A stretch of DNA of 63,977 bases, counting the filler, from an uncultured bacterium (lineage in GTDB: Bacteria; Hinthialibacterota; Hinthialibacteria; Hinthialibacterales; Hinthialibacteraceae): assembly GCA_964449065.1 (NCBI GenBank). It is 11 parts of 11 records of this genome, joined end to end, with 100 filler letters (N's around TTAATTAATTAA, not from the genome) between each part and the next. Parts side by side here need not be neighbours in the genome. Positions count along the whole stretch, not along the records: positions 6,247 to 12,344 come from CAYVAZ010000315.1; positions 12,445 to 18,523 come from CAYVAZ010000316.1; positions 18,624 to 24,697 come from CAYVAZ010000317.1; 8 more parts are not named here. One strand, 5' to 3'. Below the pieces are notes generated by a model. That model worked only from the letters and a program-made list of their open reading frames with translations, made no database searches and was not told where the DNA came from. Below are positions 9,682 through 20,343 of this stretch, in pieces; the stretch's first letter is position 1; the number at the start of each line of letters is the position of its first letter. A program made the translations under genes and the position numbers.

Positions 9682-11552
9682 GAAACAAAGCATCCGGCAG
9701 CCGTACACGCCGGAAAACGGCGCGGCCTGCTGTCCAACATAAGATTCCCTTTTACGGTGGCGTGATTACTCAACCGCGCGGCGATCAATTCATCAACCGT
9801 TTTTTTTATGCGGCACTTGCGGGTTCGATCATTCTGCATCTGGTTTTTGTGATGTATTCCACCACAATGCAAGTCGCGGATGAGAAGGCGCTTGAGTCGG
9901 AAATGGAAACGCTGTTTCGGGTCAACCTGCGCGATCTCACGCAAATGCGCTACCGTCCCCGCCAAACGGCGATTGAAGAGCGGCAGAATATGGAGCAATC
10001 GGTACAGGAAGATGTGGAGCAAATCGGCGGGCAAGAGAATCTGACGGCTGCGGCCGAATTGCAGCAATCCCTTCCAAGTTTGAACGATCAGGATTTGCCG
10101 TCACCGGAGACCATTGGCGATCAGAACGGCGATTATTTTGTGGATGACCGGTCAGCCCGGTCGGTGATCGCGTCAAATATGGGAAGAAACACGATTACGA
10201 ATTTTGAGCGGGGCGCGGGCGAAGCCTTGATCAACGATTGGGTGGAAGTACAGCGCCGCGCGTTGATGGGGCGGGGTGGCGCGACCGCGCAGCGGGCATC
10301 TGAAGGGCTGCCGGAACCGGAACTGACGCGTGAACCGGTTGGAACGCGGACGATTACGATGTCGTTGACAGCGGATTTGGCCCCGCCGGTACCGGATATG
10401 GAGGTATCCGAACCACCGATCGATTTGCCATCCGATACCGAACTGCTGCCTTCACCGGAAATTTTGCCGGATGATCCCGCCTCGGTTCCCCTCAAGCAGG
10501 AAGAACAAGAAATTGCCCAACTGCAGGATGATTTTGTGGCGTTGGATGATTTGGTGGATGTGGATGTAACGACATATCACCATATAGGCGGTGACGGGTA
10601 TTTTATGGTGCGGATTCGTCCGAAGGCGGTGGATGAACGCCTCGATATTCTACACAAAGATGTGATTTTTGTGCTGGACGCATCGGGCAGCATGGGGCGG
10701 CTGCGGATGAACCATGTGAAGGATGGTATTGCAAGGGCTCTGAACCGCTTGCGGCCGGAAGACCGCTTTAATGTGGTTGGGTTTAAACAACAGGTGCGTT
10801 TTTTTACGGATACGTTTATTACAGCCACGGCGGAGAACAAAGAAGAGGCGGTGGATTTTATCGATTCGTTAAGCGCGTTCGGCAAGACGGATATTTATTC
10901 TTCGCTGGAACCGCTGGTGCAGTTGGAAACCGGCCGCGCGCGGCCGCTGATCGTACTTCTGTTTAGCGACGGCAGGCCGAATGTGGGGATTGTGGACAGC
11001 CGCAAGATCATCAATAACCTCAGCAAATTTCGCGGACCGAATACCTCAATCTTTAGCGTGGGAACCGGAAATGACATCAACCGCTATTTGCTGGATATGC
11101 TGACGTTTCGCAACCGCGGGCGGGTATGGTTTGAACCGGACCGGCATGATGTACCGGAACTCATCCTAAATGTGTTCCGTTATGTGGAGAATCCGGTCTT
11201 GATGCGCATTCAAGCCAGTTTCGCGAATGTGAACGATGAAGAAGTGTATCCAAAGATTCTACCCGATCTGTATTTAAACGGCGAACTGCGTTTGTGGGGA
11301 CGCTTGCGGGGCGAGACGGAAATCCCTCTGCGGTTGGTGGGGGAAGCGTTTAATGAACGCAAGGATATCGTGTTTAACCTTGAGATTCCTGAATTTGACA
11401 ACGGCACCTTTGAAGTCGCCCGCGACTGGGCGCGCAGCAAGATTTACCACATCGCCGGCAAGATGGTGTATGAAGGCGAAAAGCCGGTGTATCTGGAAGA
11501 CATCCGCTTTCTATCGCAAACCTACCGCGTGCAAACCCCGTATTCCGAATAA
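9678..11552 (+). CDS. Membrane-anchored VWA-domain protein with Pro/Glu-rich linker
   Basis: ATGA overlap with the TPR gene; one TM (ALAGSIILHLVFV); MIDAS DASGSM, T (GKTD) and FSDG. Confidence 0.85.
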   Translation: MRNKASGSRTRRKTARPAVQHKIPFYGGVITQPRGDQFINRFFYAALAGSIILHLVFVMYSTTMQVADEKALESEMETLFRVNLRDLTQMRYRPRQTAIEERQNMEQSVQEDVEQIGGQENLTAAAELQQSLPSLNDQDLPSPETIGDQNGDYFVDDRSARSVIASNMGRNTITNFERGAGEALINDWVEVQRRALMGRGGATAQRASEGLPEPELTREPVGTRTITMSLTADLAPPVPDMEVSEPPIDLPSDTELLPSPEILPDDPASVPLKQEEQEIAQLQDDFVALDDLVDVDVTTYHHIGGDGYFMVRIRPKAVDERLDILHKDVIFVLDASGSMGRLRMNHVKDGIARALNRLRPEDRFNVVGFKQQVRFFTDTFITATAENKEEAVDFIDSLSAFGKTDIYSSLEPLVQLETGRARPLIVLLFSDGRPNVGIVDSRKIINNLSKFRGPNTSIFSVGTGNDINRYLLDMLTFRNRGRVWFEPDRHDVPELILNVFRYVENPVLMRIQASFANVNDEEVYPKILPDLYLNGELRLWGRLRGETEIPLRLVGEAFNERKDIVFNLEIPEFDNGTFEVARDWARSKIYHIAGKMVYEGEKPVYLEDIRFLSQTYRVQTPYSE

Positions 11553-11636
11553 CATTGTATATAGACATTCTGTTGAATTATGATACTATTGGATAGGATG
11601 AATATCATAGGTTTGATCCGTTTTTTTTGAGGGATA

Positions 11637-11891
11637 ATGATGGCCGTCTTTGAATTTTTAATACAAACGAATCTTATATTACTGCCTTTGTTTATTGTAT
11701 TGGGTTTAACATTGGCCTGTTTTTTCTATGGTATTATTCGGGCTATTGCGTACAATTGTTTTCAAAAACGAATTCAAATCCATTTTCTCGATGTCGCGTC
11801 ACAGTATCTAAGCAATACTGAAATGACAACCACTCAAACCATTCAATCAGAAAAACAAGATCATCCATCCATGAAAATATCATTGGATTAA
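11637..11891 (+). CDS. Small hypothetical membrane protein
   Basis: GAGGG RBS, hydrophobic N-terminus, AT-rich. Confidence 0.45.
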   Translation: MMAVFEFLIQTNLILLPLFIVLGLTLACFFYGIIRAIAYNCFQKRIQIHFLDVASQYLSNTEMTTTQTIQSEKQDHPSMKISLD

Positions 11892-11901
11892 GAGATCGCC
11901 T

Positions 11902-12219
11902 ATGAATGATTTGGATTCCATTTCTCATTTTGAATTATTTGAGTTGGTTTGTATTGGTTGTTTTGGAAGTATCGCAATTGAAGTCGTTACGTTAATTAAC
12001 CACATCATTTCAAACAAAATTCCTTCGTTTTACAAATCGAAACTATATTGGTGCCTTCGAATTCTCCTGGTGATAACAGCGGGTGGATTGGTTTATGTTT
12101 ATGTTCGTTCCGGTATTATGATAAATCCCATAATTGCATTAAATATAGGCGCATCCGCACCTTTACTTATTGAAAAATTTTCTAAAGAATCTCAAGTAGT
12201 GTTTAATACTGATAACTGA
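11902..12219 (+). CDS. Small multi-pass hypothetical membrane protein
   Basis: Three hydrophobic segments, ALNIGASAPLLI motif; stop codon lies inside the MITE-A TIR. Confidence 0.6.
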   Translation: MNDLDSISHFELFELVCIGCFGSIAIEVVTLINHIISNKIPSFYKSKLYWCLRILLVITAGGLVYVYVRSGIMINPIIALNIGASAPLLIEKFSKESQVVFNTDN

Positions 12220-12344
12220 TGTTACGTAATCAATGATTGACTATTGCTTGAAAATGGTTTTTGATACAAGCCAACTATTCTAAGTCAAGCGCAATGTCTA
12301 TCGTCTTCTCCCTTTGGGAGAAGATAAGAGATGAGGGCGATGAG
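12216..12344 (+). mobile_element. MITE family A, left part
   Basis: TAA|CTGATGTTACG start; cut at contig end. Confidence 0.8.
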
Positions 12345-12692
12345 NNNNNNNNNNNNNNNNNNNNNNNNNNNNNNNNNNNNNNNNNNNNTTAATTAATTAA
12401 NNNNNNNNNNNNNNNNNNNNNNNNNNNNNNNNNNNNNNNNNNNNTCAACGCTTTATCTGAGGGTTCGGTGCTTGTCACGAATCACTGTTTTTAGGATAAA
12501 TAACATTTTCAATGCAATTTGGTATAATATGGATGAACACAGAATCAATATAGATCATCAGATATAGCGTGACACTACACGAATAGAGACAATAACTTCA
12601 ATGACATAAACAAATTGAGAAATTCAATTTTTATAAAATGATCTACTCAGGGTGAACAATCCTGAAAAAGTTTGATGGTTTTTTTTTGCGTT

Positions 12693-12977
12693 ATGAAGAA
12701 CACACAATCGCGCTTAACCATGTTGGGCTTGCTTTTCATAATTGGTATATTGGGATATGTCAACTACCAAAAGTATTTCTCTGCAAATGAATCAACTCTC
12801 TATCCTATGGAAATACAGAAATGGAAGGCGTTAAACCCATCTTCCTATGAAGGTGGTAACATGGTAACCGAAGACGATTTATCCGAATATTTTGGAGAAA
12901 CTACCGGAATGGATTTTTCGCCTTCAAGTATACATTTGATTCCGTCTACTTCCACAATTATTTCTTCAACTTTTTAA
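12693..12977 (+). CDS. Hypothetical protein with N-terminal TM
   Basis: ORF with hydrophobic N-terminus; no recognised family. Confidence 0.4.
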   Translation: MKNTQSRLTMLGLLFIIGILGYVNYQKYFSANESTLYPMEIQKWKALNPSSYEGGNMVTEDDLSEYFGETTGMDFSPSSIHLIPSTSTIISSTF

Positions 12978-12985
12978 CCTGATTT

Positions 12986-15537
12986 TTAGTGCAACTTAGC
13001 CAACCGCCGGAACATCAGCCCATAAATCATTTCCAAATACAAATGGGTCTCTTCGCGATCCAAATCAGATACGTATTTCCAAAAACCATAGACCCGCGCC
13101 AGCGTCATCAAGCGGTTGGCGTATAGTTTCCAGTTATAACGCTCTTCTACCCGCCGTATGGCCCCTTGCGACAATTTGGTCCAATGATTCGGGTCTTCCC
13201 GGCACGTCTTCAAAAACTCAACCATCTTTGCCGCCGCTTCTTCTCCGTGATTGGGATCAATATGGTAGCCGGAAATTTCATGCTGGATGATCTCCAACGG
13301 ACCGCCATACAATGTCGCGAAGGTAGGCAGTCCGGTGGCCATCGCTTCCACGACCGTTAACCCGAACGCTTCAAACCAAGCGGGTTGCACAAACGCGCCT
13401 TTGTGGTCCGCGACAATGCGGTAGAGCTCCCCTCCAAACGGTTTATCCAACTGCATCCCCAACCAGCGCACATGCTCATCCAGCTTGTGTTCGTTAAACA
13501 GCCGGTGCATGGTTTGAATTTGCGCGGCTTCTTCNNNNNNNNNNNNNNNNNNNNNNNNNNNNNNNNNNNNNNNNNNNNNNNNNNNNNNNNNNNNNNNNNN
13601 NNNNNNNNNNNNNNNNNNNNNNNNNNNNNNNNNNCCAGCTTGTGTTCGTTAAACAGCCGGTGCATGGTTTGAATTTGCGCGGCTTCTTCAGAATCCTTGG
13701 ATTCCTCTTCATTCACATACCCGCCGATGACCAAAACATTCGCCAATTCGCGCAGGTCTTCTGATTGAGCATACCATTCGACAAATCCGGTTAAATTTTT
13801 AATTTTATCCAATCGCGCCATCGTAAAGAGTATCGGTTTGTCGGGGTCGGCCAGATGCCCGCGGGTTTTTTCCCTGGGCTCCCCAAAAATCAAGTCATTG
13901 ATTTCCGGCTGCAAATGCGTCAGCCGGTTTGCGGTTTTGGTATAGGGAAAATAGATGTTCTCATCCGCGCCCGGCGAAACAATGTTGAATTTCGGATCAA
14001 ATACATCTACGCCGGAAAGCACCCGGTACAAACGGGGCAGCGTATAAAATGTATGGCTTTCATATTGCCCCACGCTGTTGTGATTGCCGGTGATTTCCTG
14101 GTAGGTACTGGTGATGATGAAATCGGCTGTGTTCATGGCGATCAGGTCAGCCGTAAACTGGGTGGAAAAATGATAGTTGTCTTCGTGGTCTTGCCAATAT
14201 AGATCGGAAAACAGGTATTTGGATTTCTCCAGCGCGTGGGCGATGTTGCATTGCGTAACCCCCAGGCGCTTCGACATGAGCGACGCGACCAAATTCCCGT
14301 CCGAATAGTTCCCGATGATCAAATCCGGCCGGGTCCCCAAGGATGCCAGCACTTCTTTTTCGGCTTCAATGCTGAAACGCTCGATGTATTCCCATATCTG
14401 AAAACGCGAAATCCAATGCGGAACAATTTCTCCCTCCGGAGTGCGGAACGGAACCCGGATAATGCGGGCGTTTTTGGTTCCGTAAATCGGCTCAACCGCC
14501 TCATTGCATGTGGTATGGGCGTGTTCGGGTATCAACCGGCTCACGACCAGAATATTGGGTTCGATATCGATGCCTTGTTCTTGCAGCCGTTCACGCATTT
14601 CCCGTTCCAGCGCTTTGACTTGATCCAGAATATACACCACTTGCCCTCCCGTATCGGGCATGCCCAATACCCCGGATTGCGCAAAGTATCCGTGGGGGGA
14701 TAAAATGACCACATTAAAGATCATCGGGATGCGGCTCAGCAGTTCACTTAAGTCATCGGGGTCGGGCGCTTGCAGGACAGCCGAAAATAACTCTAAGGTA
14801 TCCCGTACACGGTCGGCGGTTCGTCCCCATCCCGCCTCAAAGCCTAAATCCTGCATCGGCTTCGCGATATCGCTCCATTGATAACCGTTTGGAGAGCTTT
14901 CCAGCATTTCGATCGCGCTATCCAGCGCGTCGCGCAACTGTTCACTGCTGGTGATCCGGTCATTGATCATCAACTGATGGCCGTTGATTTGATGCATCTT
15001 TAAAAAGTTAAACAGCAACAAGCTGCCGGTATATTTGTCGTTAAACACACGGTTGGATAGATGGCGGTTCAGAAATTCCACCCCTTTTCCAATCGAGCGA
15101 AATTCCTGCAAGCGGGGAAAGTCTCGGTTAAATGGGCGAAGGTCAACTTCCAAGACCCAATCGTCATCATGTTGATCGGGATGGATGATATGCTCTTTCA
15201 TCTTCAAATAGACAGAAGGTGAAATCTCTTCCGCTTCCAGATGTTCCGTGTGAATCCGTACCCATTGCCATTTGCCGATTTTTGGCCGCACGGCAAACGC
15301 GATCCATGGAGACAGTATCGATACTTCCTGCGATTTCGAAATTACCCTGCCCAACGGGGTATTTTCAAGCTCGGAGGCGCCGTTATTCGAGCAAAAATCC
15401 TTGAAATGATCGCGAATTTCCGATTTTAAAACAAACGATTTTTTGAGCTCGATCAGCGAATGCAAGTAGCTGTATACCAAACTGCGGTTTTCTTCGATGG
15501 TTTCTTTTAAACCCGGAAACCCATTAACTTGCATCAT
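12986..15537 (-). CDS. susA: Sucrose synthase (split only by a scaffold gap)
   Basis: [35 protein letters not shown] 55-bp sequence is duplicated on both sides of the N gap (13480-13534 = 13635-13689); merging gives a 798-aa ORF. Confidence 0.93.
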
Positions 15538-17701
15538 CGGTTACTTCCTCCGGTATGCGTATGCTTCCTCGAAAATCGTAATAATCCATCCCTTCAAAAA
15601 TACCCTTGGCGAAGGAGGCCTTCGCGAAATAGATGCGCGATTTCCCTTGCAGTTTCTTCAACTCCGGACTGAAGTTCCCCACCACAATACTCAACGCGCT
15701 GGTTTCCAGCATTTCTTGATCGTTGCCGGAATCCCCCGCAACCACGATCCGTTCCATCGGGATACCCCATTTGTTGGAAAGGTACCATACCGCCAATCCT
15801 TTGGAAGCCCGCATCGGAAGAAAGTCCAAAAACTGCCCGTGCGAGAATATCGTACGGACGGATATTTTATTCTTTCGGCAGTCGCGAATGATTTCTTTCA
15901 CCGGTGGCGCGATCTCCGTATCAACATAATAACTTACTTTAAATTCACGCTGATTGTCTTCTTCCTGCAATTGAACCCCGTCATAGTTTTCCATCAATTC
16001 CTGAATGCGCTCCGGATGCCATCGGTAGTTGATATGCCGCGCCCAATCTTTGTCTGGGGATATGTCATGGCCGTAATGAATTTCCGAACCGACGGACGTG
16101 ATAAAAATATCCGGCTGCGGCACGCCTTTTTCTTCCAAGATCTCTTGCGCGCTTTCGATGTGCCGGCCGGTGTTGACGCAAAAACCAATGCGTCTCTTGT
16201 CGCGCGTTTTCAACCAGTCGGATAACCGGTCCAAGGCTTCGTCGTCGCCTGTCAATGTGTTATCGATATCCGATATCAGCATCCGGTCGGCTTGCAGCAA
16301 TTTCTTTCCGGATGTAATCCAAAACGGTTGCGTTTTCCCGGATTTGACCAATGGTTGTACCTCTTGCAAATAGGATTTGACATGGCTTTCCCATGCATAA
16401 TACTTTTCTACGTTTTTTAGCCCGTTTTTCGAATAGGATGTCCACCGCCGTGGATTGGAAAGGATTGTGTAGATTGCGTCTGCCATCTCGGCTTGGTTTA
16501 ACGGATCGATCAGGATTCCGTTGCGGCAGTTGCCGATGATATCGGACGGCCCGCCGTCATTGGTCGCTACCAACGGCAGACCGCTGGCCGTGGCTTCTAT
16601 CAATGTGAGTCCGAACGGTTCGGTGAGCGCGGGATTGACAAACACCCCATGCGTCTTGGACGCGATCCGGTATATGCAGGGAACTTGATTGGCTTGATGA
16701 TGTTTGGGATACGCAACGCTTCCATAGAGATCGTATTTATCGATTAAATGCAAAATGGATTGCAGCACCTTTTTGGAGCCGGAATCCAAATCCTCTATGT
16801 CATCCCGGTTGCCCGCAATCACCACCAGATTGGCCATGTCTCGTAGGGATTCGTGCTTGGCGTATGCCTCGATCAGCGTAGTAATATTTTTGCGTTCATC
16901 CGGCCGCGACAAGGCAAGAATGATGGGTTTTTGCGGATCACGCAAAAAGCGGTTGATTTCGGCTTCATACTCTTCGCTCGGATCTCCGGGAGTGGGCGGA
17001 TAAAACTGCTTGAGATCTGTCCCCGGCGGCACCACCGCCTTTTTTTCCGGCGCGTAGTGTTGATAGCGTGAGTACTGTTCTTCCACTTCCTGGTTGGTGC
17101 TTGTAATGACTTTGTTGGCGGTCATCAACGCGAATTCTTCCGCTTCAATGCGTTCGGCGATGTTGTAACGCTTTTCAATTGTGTCTTGCAATAAACCGTT
17201 CGCCAACAGCCGTTCCTGTTTAATACGGCCCAACGAATGCCCGGTAAACACCATCGGGATACCCAGCAGCATCGAAAGCTTGGCGGATACATAACCCGCA
17301 TCCGCGTAATGCCCATGAATCAAGTCGGGAATGCGTCCCATATAACGGAAATGTTTCAGCGCGTTATCCACAAACTCATCCAAATAGGGCCACAACAACT
17401 CTTTGCGGATATAGCGCTTCGGGCCGCATTCCAGCCGGATGATATGGCCGTTTTCGGAAAGCGGTTCTTTGGACGCGGCATAGATATCGTCCACTTTTTT
17501 ATCCATCACTTTTCGCGTTAGCACATCCACTTTGCCTACCCTTGCATGTTTAGACAAAGCGGTTGCCATCTCTACCACATATTTAATCTGGCCGCCTGTG
17601 TCGGCATCGCGGCCTAGTTCCATGTTCTCACCGCGTAAAAGCCCATGTATGCTGACCATGGAAATGTACAGTTTTTTATTGGAGGTTTTTCTTATGTTCA
17701 C
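15524..17701 (-). CDS. spsA: Sucrose-phosphate synthase with C-terminal HAD (SPP) domain
   Basis: [36 protein letters not shown], then ISDIDNTL and GDSGND. Confidence 0.93.
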   Translation of the reverse strand: MNIRKTSNKKLYISMVSIHGLLRGENMELGRDADTGGQIKYVVEMATALSKHARVGKVDVLTRKVMDKKVDDIYAASKEPLSENGHIIRLECGPKRYIRKELLWPYLDEFVDNALKHFRYMGRIPDLIHGHYADAGYVSAKLSMLLGIPMVFTGHSLGRIKQERLLANGLLQDTIEKRYNIAERIEAEEFALMTANKVITSTNQEVEEQYSRYQHYAPEKKAVVPPGTDLKQFYPPTPGDPSEEYEAEINRFLRDPQKPIILALSRPDERKNITTLIEAYAKHESLRDMANLVVIAGNRDDIEDLDSGSKKVLQSILHLIDKYDLYGSVAYPKHHQANQVPCIYRIASKTHGVFVNPALTEPFGLTLIEATASGLPLVATNDGGPSDIIGNCRNGILIDPLNQAEMADAIYTILSNPRRWTSYSKNGLKNVEKYYAWESHVKSYLQEVQPLVKSGKTQPFWITSGKKLLQADRMLISDIDNTLTGDDEALDRLSDWLKTRDKRRIGFCVNTGRHIESAQEILEEKGVPQPDIFITSVGSEIHYGHDISPDKDWARHINYRWHPERIQELMENYDGVQLQEEDNQREFKVSYYVDTEIAPPVKEIIRDCRKNKISVRTIFSHGQFLDFLPMRASKGLAVWYLSNKWGIPMERIVVAGDSGNDQEMLETSALSIVVGNFSPELKKLQGKSRIYFAKASFAKGIFEGMDYYDFRGSIRIPEEVTDDAS

Positions 17702-17884
17702 AATTCATTTTCCTGCAAGCATTGTATCGTATACTTTTTCACGGCGGTTTTGCTGGTTAGACGAACAGGGTTAACATTTGCGTAACCTTTGATATTCTAA
17801 TCAAATAAGATAGATTTCAATGGCAACGCTTGAATGAATTTGCATTAGGAATAATAATTATTCAAACCAATCGAAGGACCTATT

Positions 17885-18271
17885 ATGATACCGGAGAATC
17901 TACGCTACACCGAATCGCATGAGTGGGGCAAATTGGAGGACAACATTTTAACGGTTGGAATCACTCATCACGCCCAGGAACAACTATCCGACATCGTTTA
18001 CGTCGAACTGCCGGATGTGGGTAACGAACTGCGAAAAGGCAGCGAATGCGCGGTCATCGAATCCACCAAAATCGCCGCCGAACTCTACGCCCCCGCTTCC
18101 GGCAAAGTGGTTGAAATAAATGAAGACCTGCAAAACGCTCCCGAACTCATCAACCAAGACCCCTACGATAGAGGGTGGGTCATGAAGATCGAACTCTCCA
18201 ACCTGGATGAGTTTCAAGAACTCATGGACGCGAAAAATTATCAAAATCACGTGGAACTGGAAGATCATTAA
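17885..18271 (+). CDS. gcvH: Glycine cleavage system H protein
   Basis: YTESHEW, VGITHHAQ, IESTKIA (lipoyl Lys), INQDPY. Confidence 0.95.
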   Translation: MIPENLRYTESHEWGKLEDNILTVGITHHAQEQLSDIVYVELPDVGNELRKGSECAVIESTKIAAELYAPASGKVVEINEDLQNAPELINQDPYDRGWVMKIELSNLDEFQELMDAKNYQNHVELEDH

Positions 18272-18324
18272 CCGTTCCTATTTCTAATTGCACTTCGAAT
18301 TCTCCCGGCAAATCAAATTATTTT

Positions 18325-18523
18325 CTGATGTTACGCAATCCATGATTGCCTATTGCTTGAAAAATGGTTTTTGTAGTGAGCCGGCTATTCTTAGTCAAAC
18401 GCAGTGTCTATCGTCTTCTCCCTTTGGGAGAAGATAAGAGATGAGGGCGAAGAGAGCGATTGCTCCCCATGACGCAGTAGCGTAAATAGAGGTTTATTCC
18501 TCCCGAACCCTCACCCCGTCCCT
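18325..18523 (+). mobile_element. MITE family A, uninterrupted left two-thirds
   Basis: CTGATGTTACGCA start; single CCCTTTGGG (empty site of element D). Confidence 0.8.
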
Positions 18524-18623
18524 NNNNNNNNNNNNNNNNNNNNNNNNNNNNNNNNNNNNNNNNNNNNTTAATTAATTAANNNNNNNNNNNNNNNNNNNNN
18601 NNNNNNNNNNNNNNNNNNNNNNN

Positions 18624-19619
18624 CTACGCTGAACTTTCCGCGGTTACCAGATTTTGCACAATCGAATCAATGATCATATCCGGTTTCATGCCTTCCGCTT
18701 CGCCTTCAAAATTCATAATAATGCGGTGGCGCAATACCGAATGAATCATGCTCTTGATATCGCTGTAACTCACATTATACCGCCCATCCAGCAGCGCTTT
18801 GATTTTGCTCGATAAAATCAGCGACTGCGCTCCACGCGGGCTGGATCCATACCGCACGAACTGTTTCGTTATTTCCGGAGCAAACTCACTGTCGGGATGG
18901 GTAGCCAGCACACAACGAACCGCGTAATCGCGAACATGCGTAGCGATCGGAACCTCCCGGCACAATGACCGCATTTCATTCACCGTATTGCCATCCATAA
19001 TAACCGAAGGCTCGGCAAAATTATGATCCGTGGTTCGAACCAACACTTCCGTCAATTCTTCGCGGCTGGGAAACTTTACGATTTGTTTCAGCATAAAGCG
19101 GTCCAGCTGCGCTTCCGGCAGCGGATACGTCCCTTCCATCTCCAGCGGGTTTTGTGTCGCCAGCACAATAAAGGGCTGCTCTAACGTATAGGTGTTGCCG
19201 CCGGCCGTTACCCGGTGTTCCTGCATGGCTTCCAGAAGGGCAGACTGCGTTTTGGGGGTAGCGCGATTAATTTCATCCGCCAATAAAATATTGGCGAATA
19301 TCGGCCCTTTTTCAAACCGGAACGAGCGCTGGCCGGTATCGGCCATATCGATAATATTTGTCCCGATGATATCCGCGGGCATGAGGTCAGGTGTAAATTG
19401 AATGCGGGCGAATTTTAGGTTCAATGCCTGCGATAAAGATCGCACCAACAAGGTTTTACCCAAACCGGGGACCCCTTCGAGCAAGGTATGTCCACCGCTA
19501 AACAAACAGATTAAAACGCCATCGATAATCTCTTCACAACCGACAATAATCTTGCCGATCTCTTCACGCAGTTGAATAAAATCCCGCTGAAAGGTGGCGG
19601 TACGTTCTTCTATACTCAT
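18624..19619 (-). CDS. moxR: MoxR-family AAA+ ATPase
   Basis: EGVPGLGKT, RIQFTPDLMPAD, LADEINR, EGTYPLPEAQLDRF. Confidence 0.95.
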   Translation of the reverse strand: MSIEERTATFQRDFIQLREEIGKIIVGCEEIIDGVLICLFSGGHTLLEGVPGLGKTLLVRSLSQALNLKFARIQFTPDLMPADIIGTNIIDMADTGQRSFRFEKGPIFANILLADEINRATPKTQSALLEAMQEHRVTAGGNTYTLEQPFIVLATQNPLEMEGTYPLPEAQLDRFMLKQIVKFPSREELTEVLVRTTDHNFAEPSVIMDGNTVNEMRSLCREVPIATHVRDYAVRCVLATHPDSEFAPEITKQFVRYGSSPRGAQSLILSSKIKALLDGRYNVSYSDIKSMIHSVLRHRIIMNFEGEAEGMKPDMIIDSIVQNLVTAESSA

Positions 19620-19639
19620 CAAACTAACCTCTCTCAAAT

Positions 19640-20300
19640 TTTTTCAATAATGTACTATAAAAGAAGCGTTCCAGTCAATTCTTTTCCAGAATGACAATCC
19701 TCATAGGGAAAAATATAATATCGATAAACATATCGCCGCCTCCCTTTATACAAAAATTAATGCCAGATAATTACAAAATGTATCGATAGATTAAGTGTGG
19801 AATCATTATTCTTAACACAAATTTAACATATAGCGATAGCCTGTTGATAAACTGTGTTAAATGAATCATGACTGTTTATGAGTAGATAGTAGAAAATGAA
19901 CAACTTCTTGAATATGTTAGAATTATGTATGAATCAGGTTTTAAACATCTAAGAGAGATAATTCATAAGTCTTTTAAAATAAAACACTTATAATTTATTG
20001 CCCCATTCATTTATCAAGGAAATGTAATGTAAACATTTCATTTTAAATTAAATTATAGAATGAATTTTCAAAAAAATGTTAAATTATCTTACGATTCAGT
20101 CTGTGGATAACTTGTGAAGAAAGTAGTAAAAAATCAAAATCTTTCTGAAGTCTTTGCAAAATTTGAACATAAGCTTTTCACAAATGTATTGGAAAAGTTG
20201 CTGAACTAGTCTCCTTTAAAGAGTAGGAATATTAGATCATTTTCAAAAAGCAGTAAAGAGTGTCATCAATAATTTTTTATGCAACCATTGTTCTTTAACC
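19640..20300. promoter_or_regulatory. AT-rich intergenic region with DnaA boxes (candidate oriC)
   Basis: Perfect TGTGGATAA at 20102; near-boxes at 19746, 19842, 19853, 20113, 20174; IHF-like AATAAAACACTTA at 19978. Confidence 0.5.
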
Positions 20301-20343
20301 ATTTTTAATGATAATCCTCTTGCAAGCACTTTGGAGGGAAATT

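Noticed and set aside
13480..13689. Sucrose synthase as a split gene or pseudogene
   Set aside because: Identical 55 bp on both sides of a 100-N gap; merging restores a full-length frame
9678..19619. MoxR-VWA partnership between the genes at 18624 and 9678
   Set aside because: They lie on different contigs separated by artificial spacers, so linkage cannot be inferred
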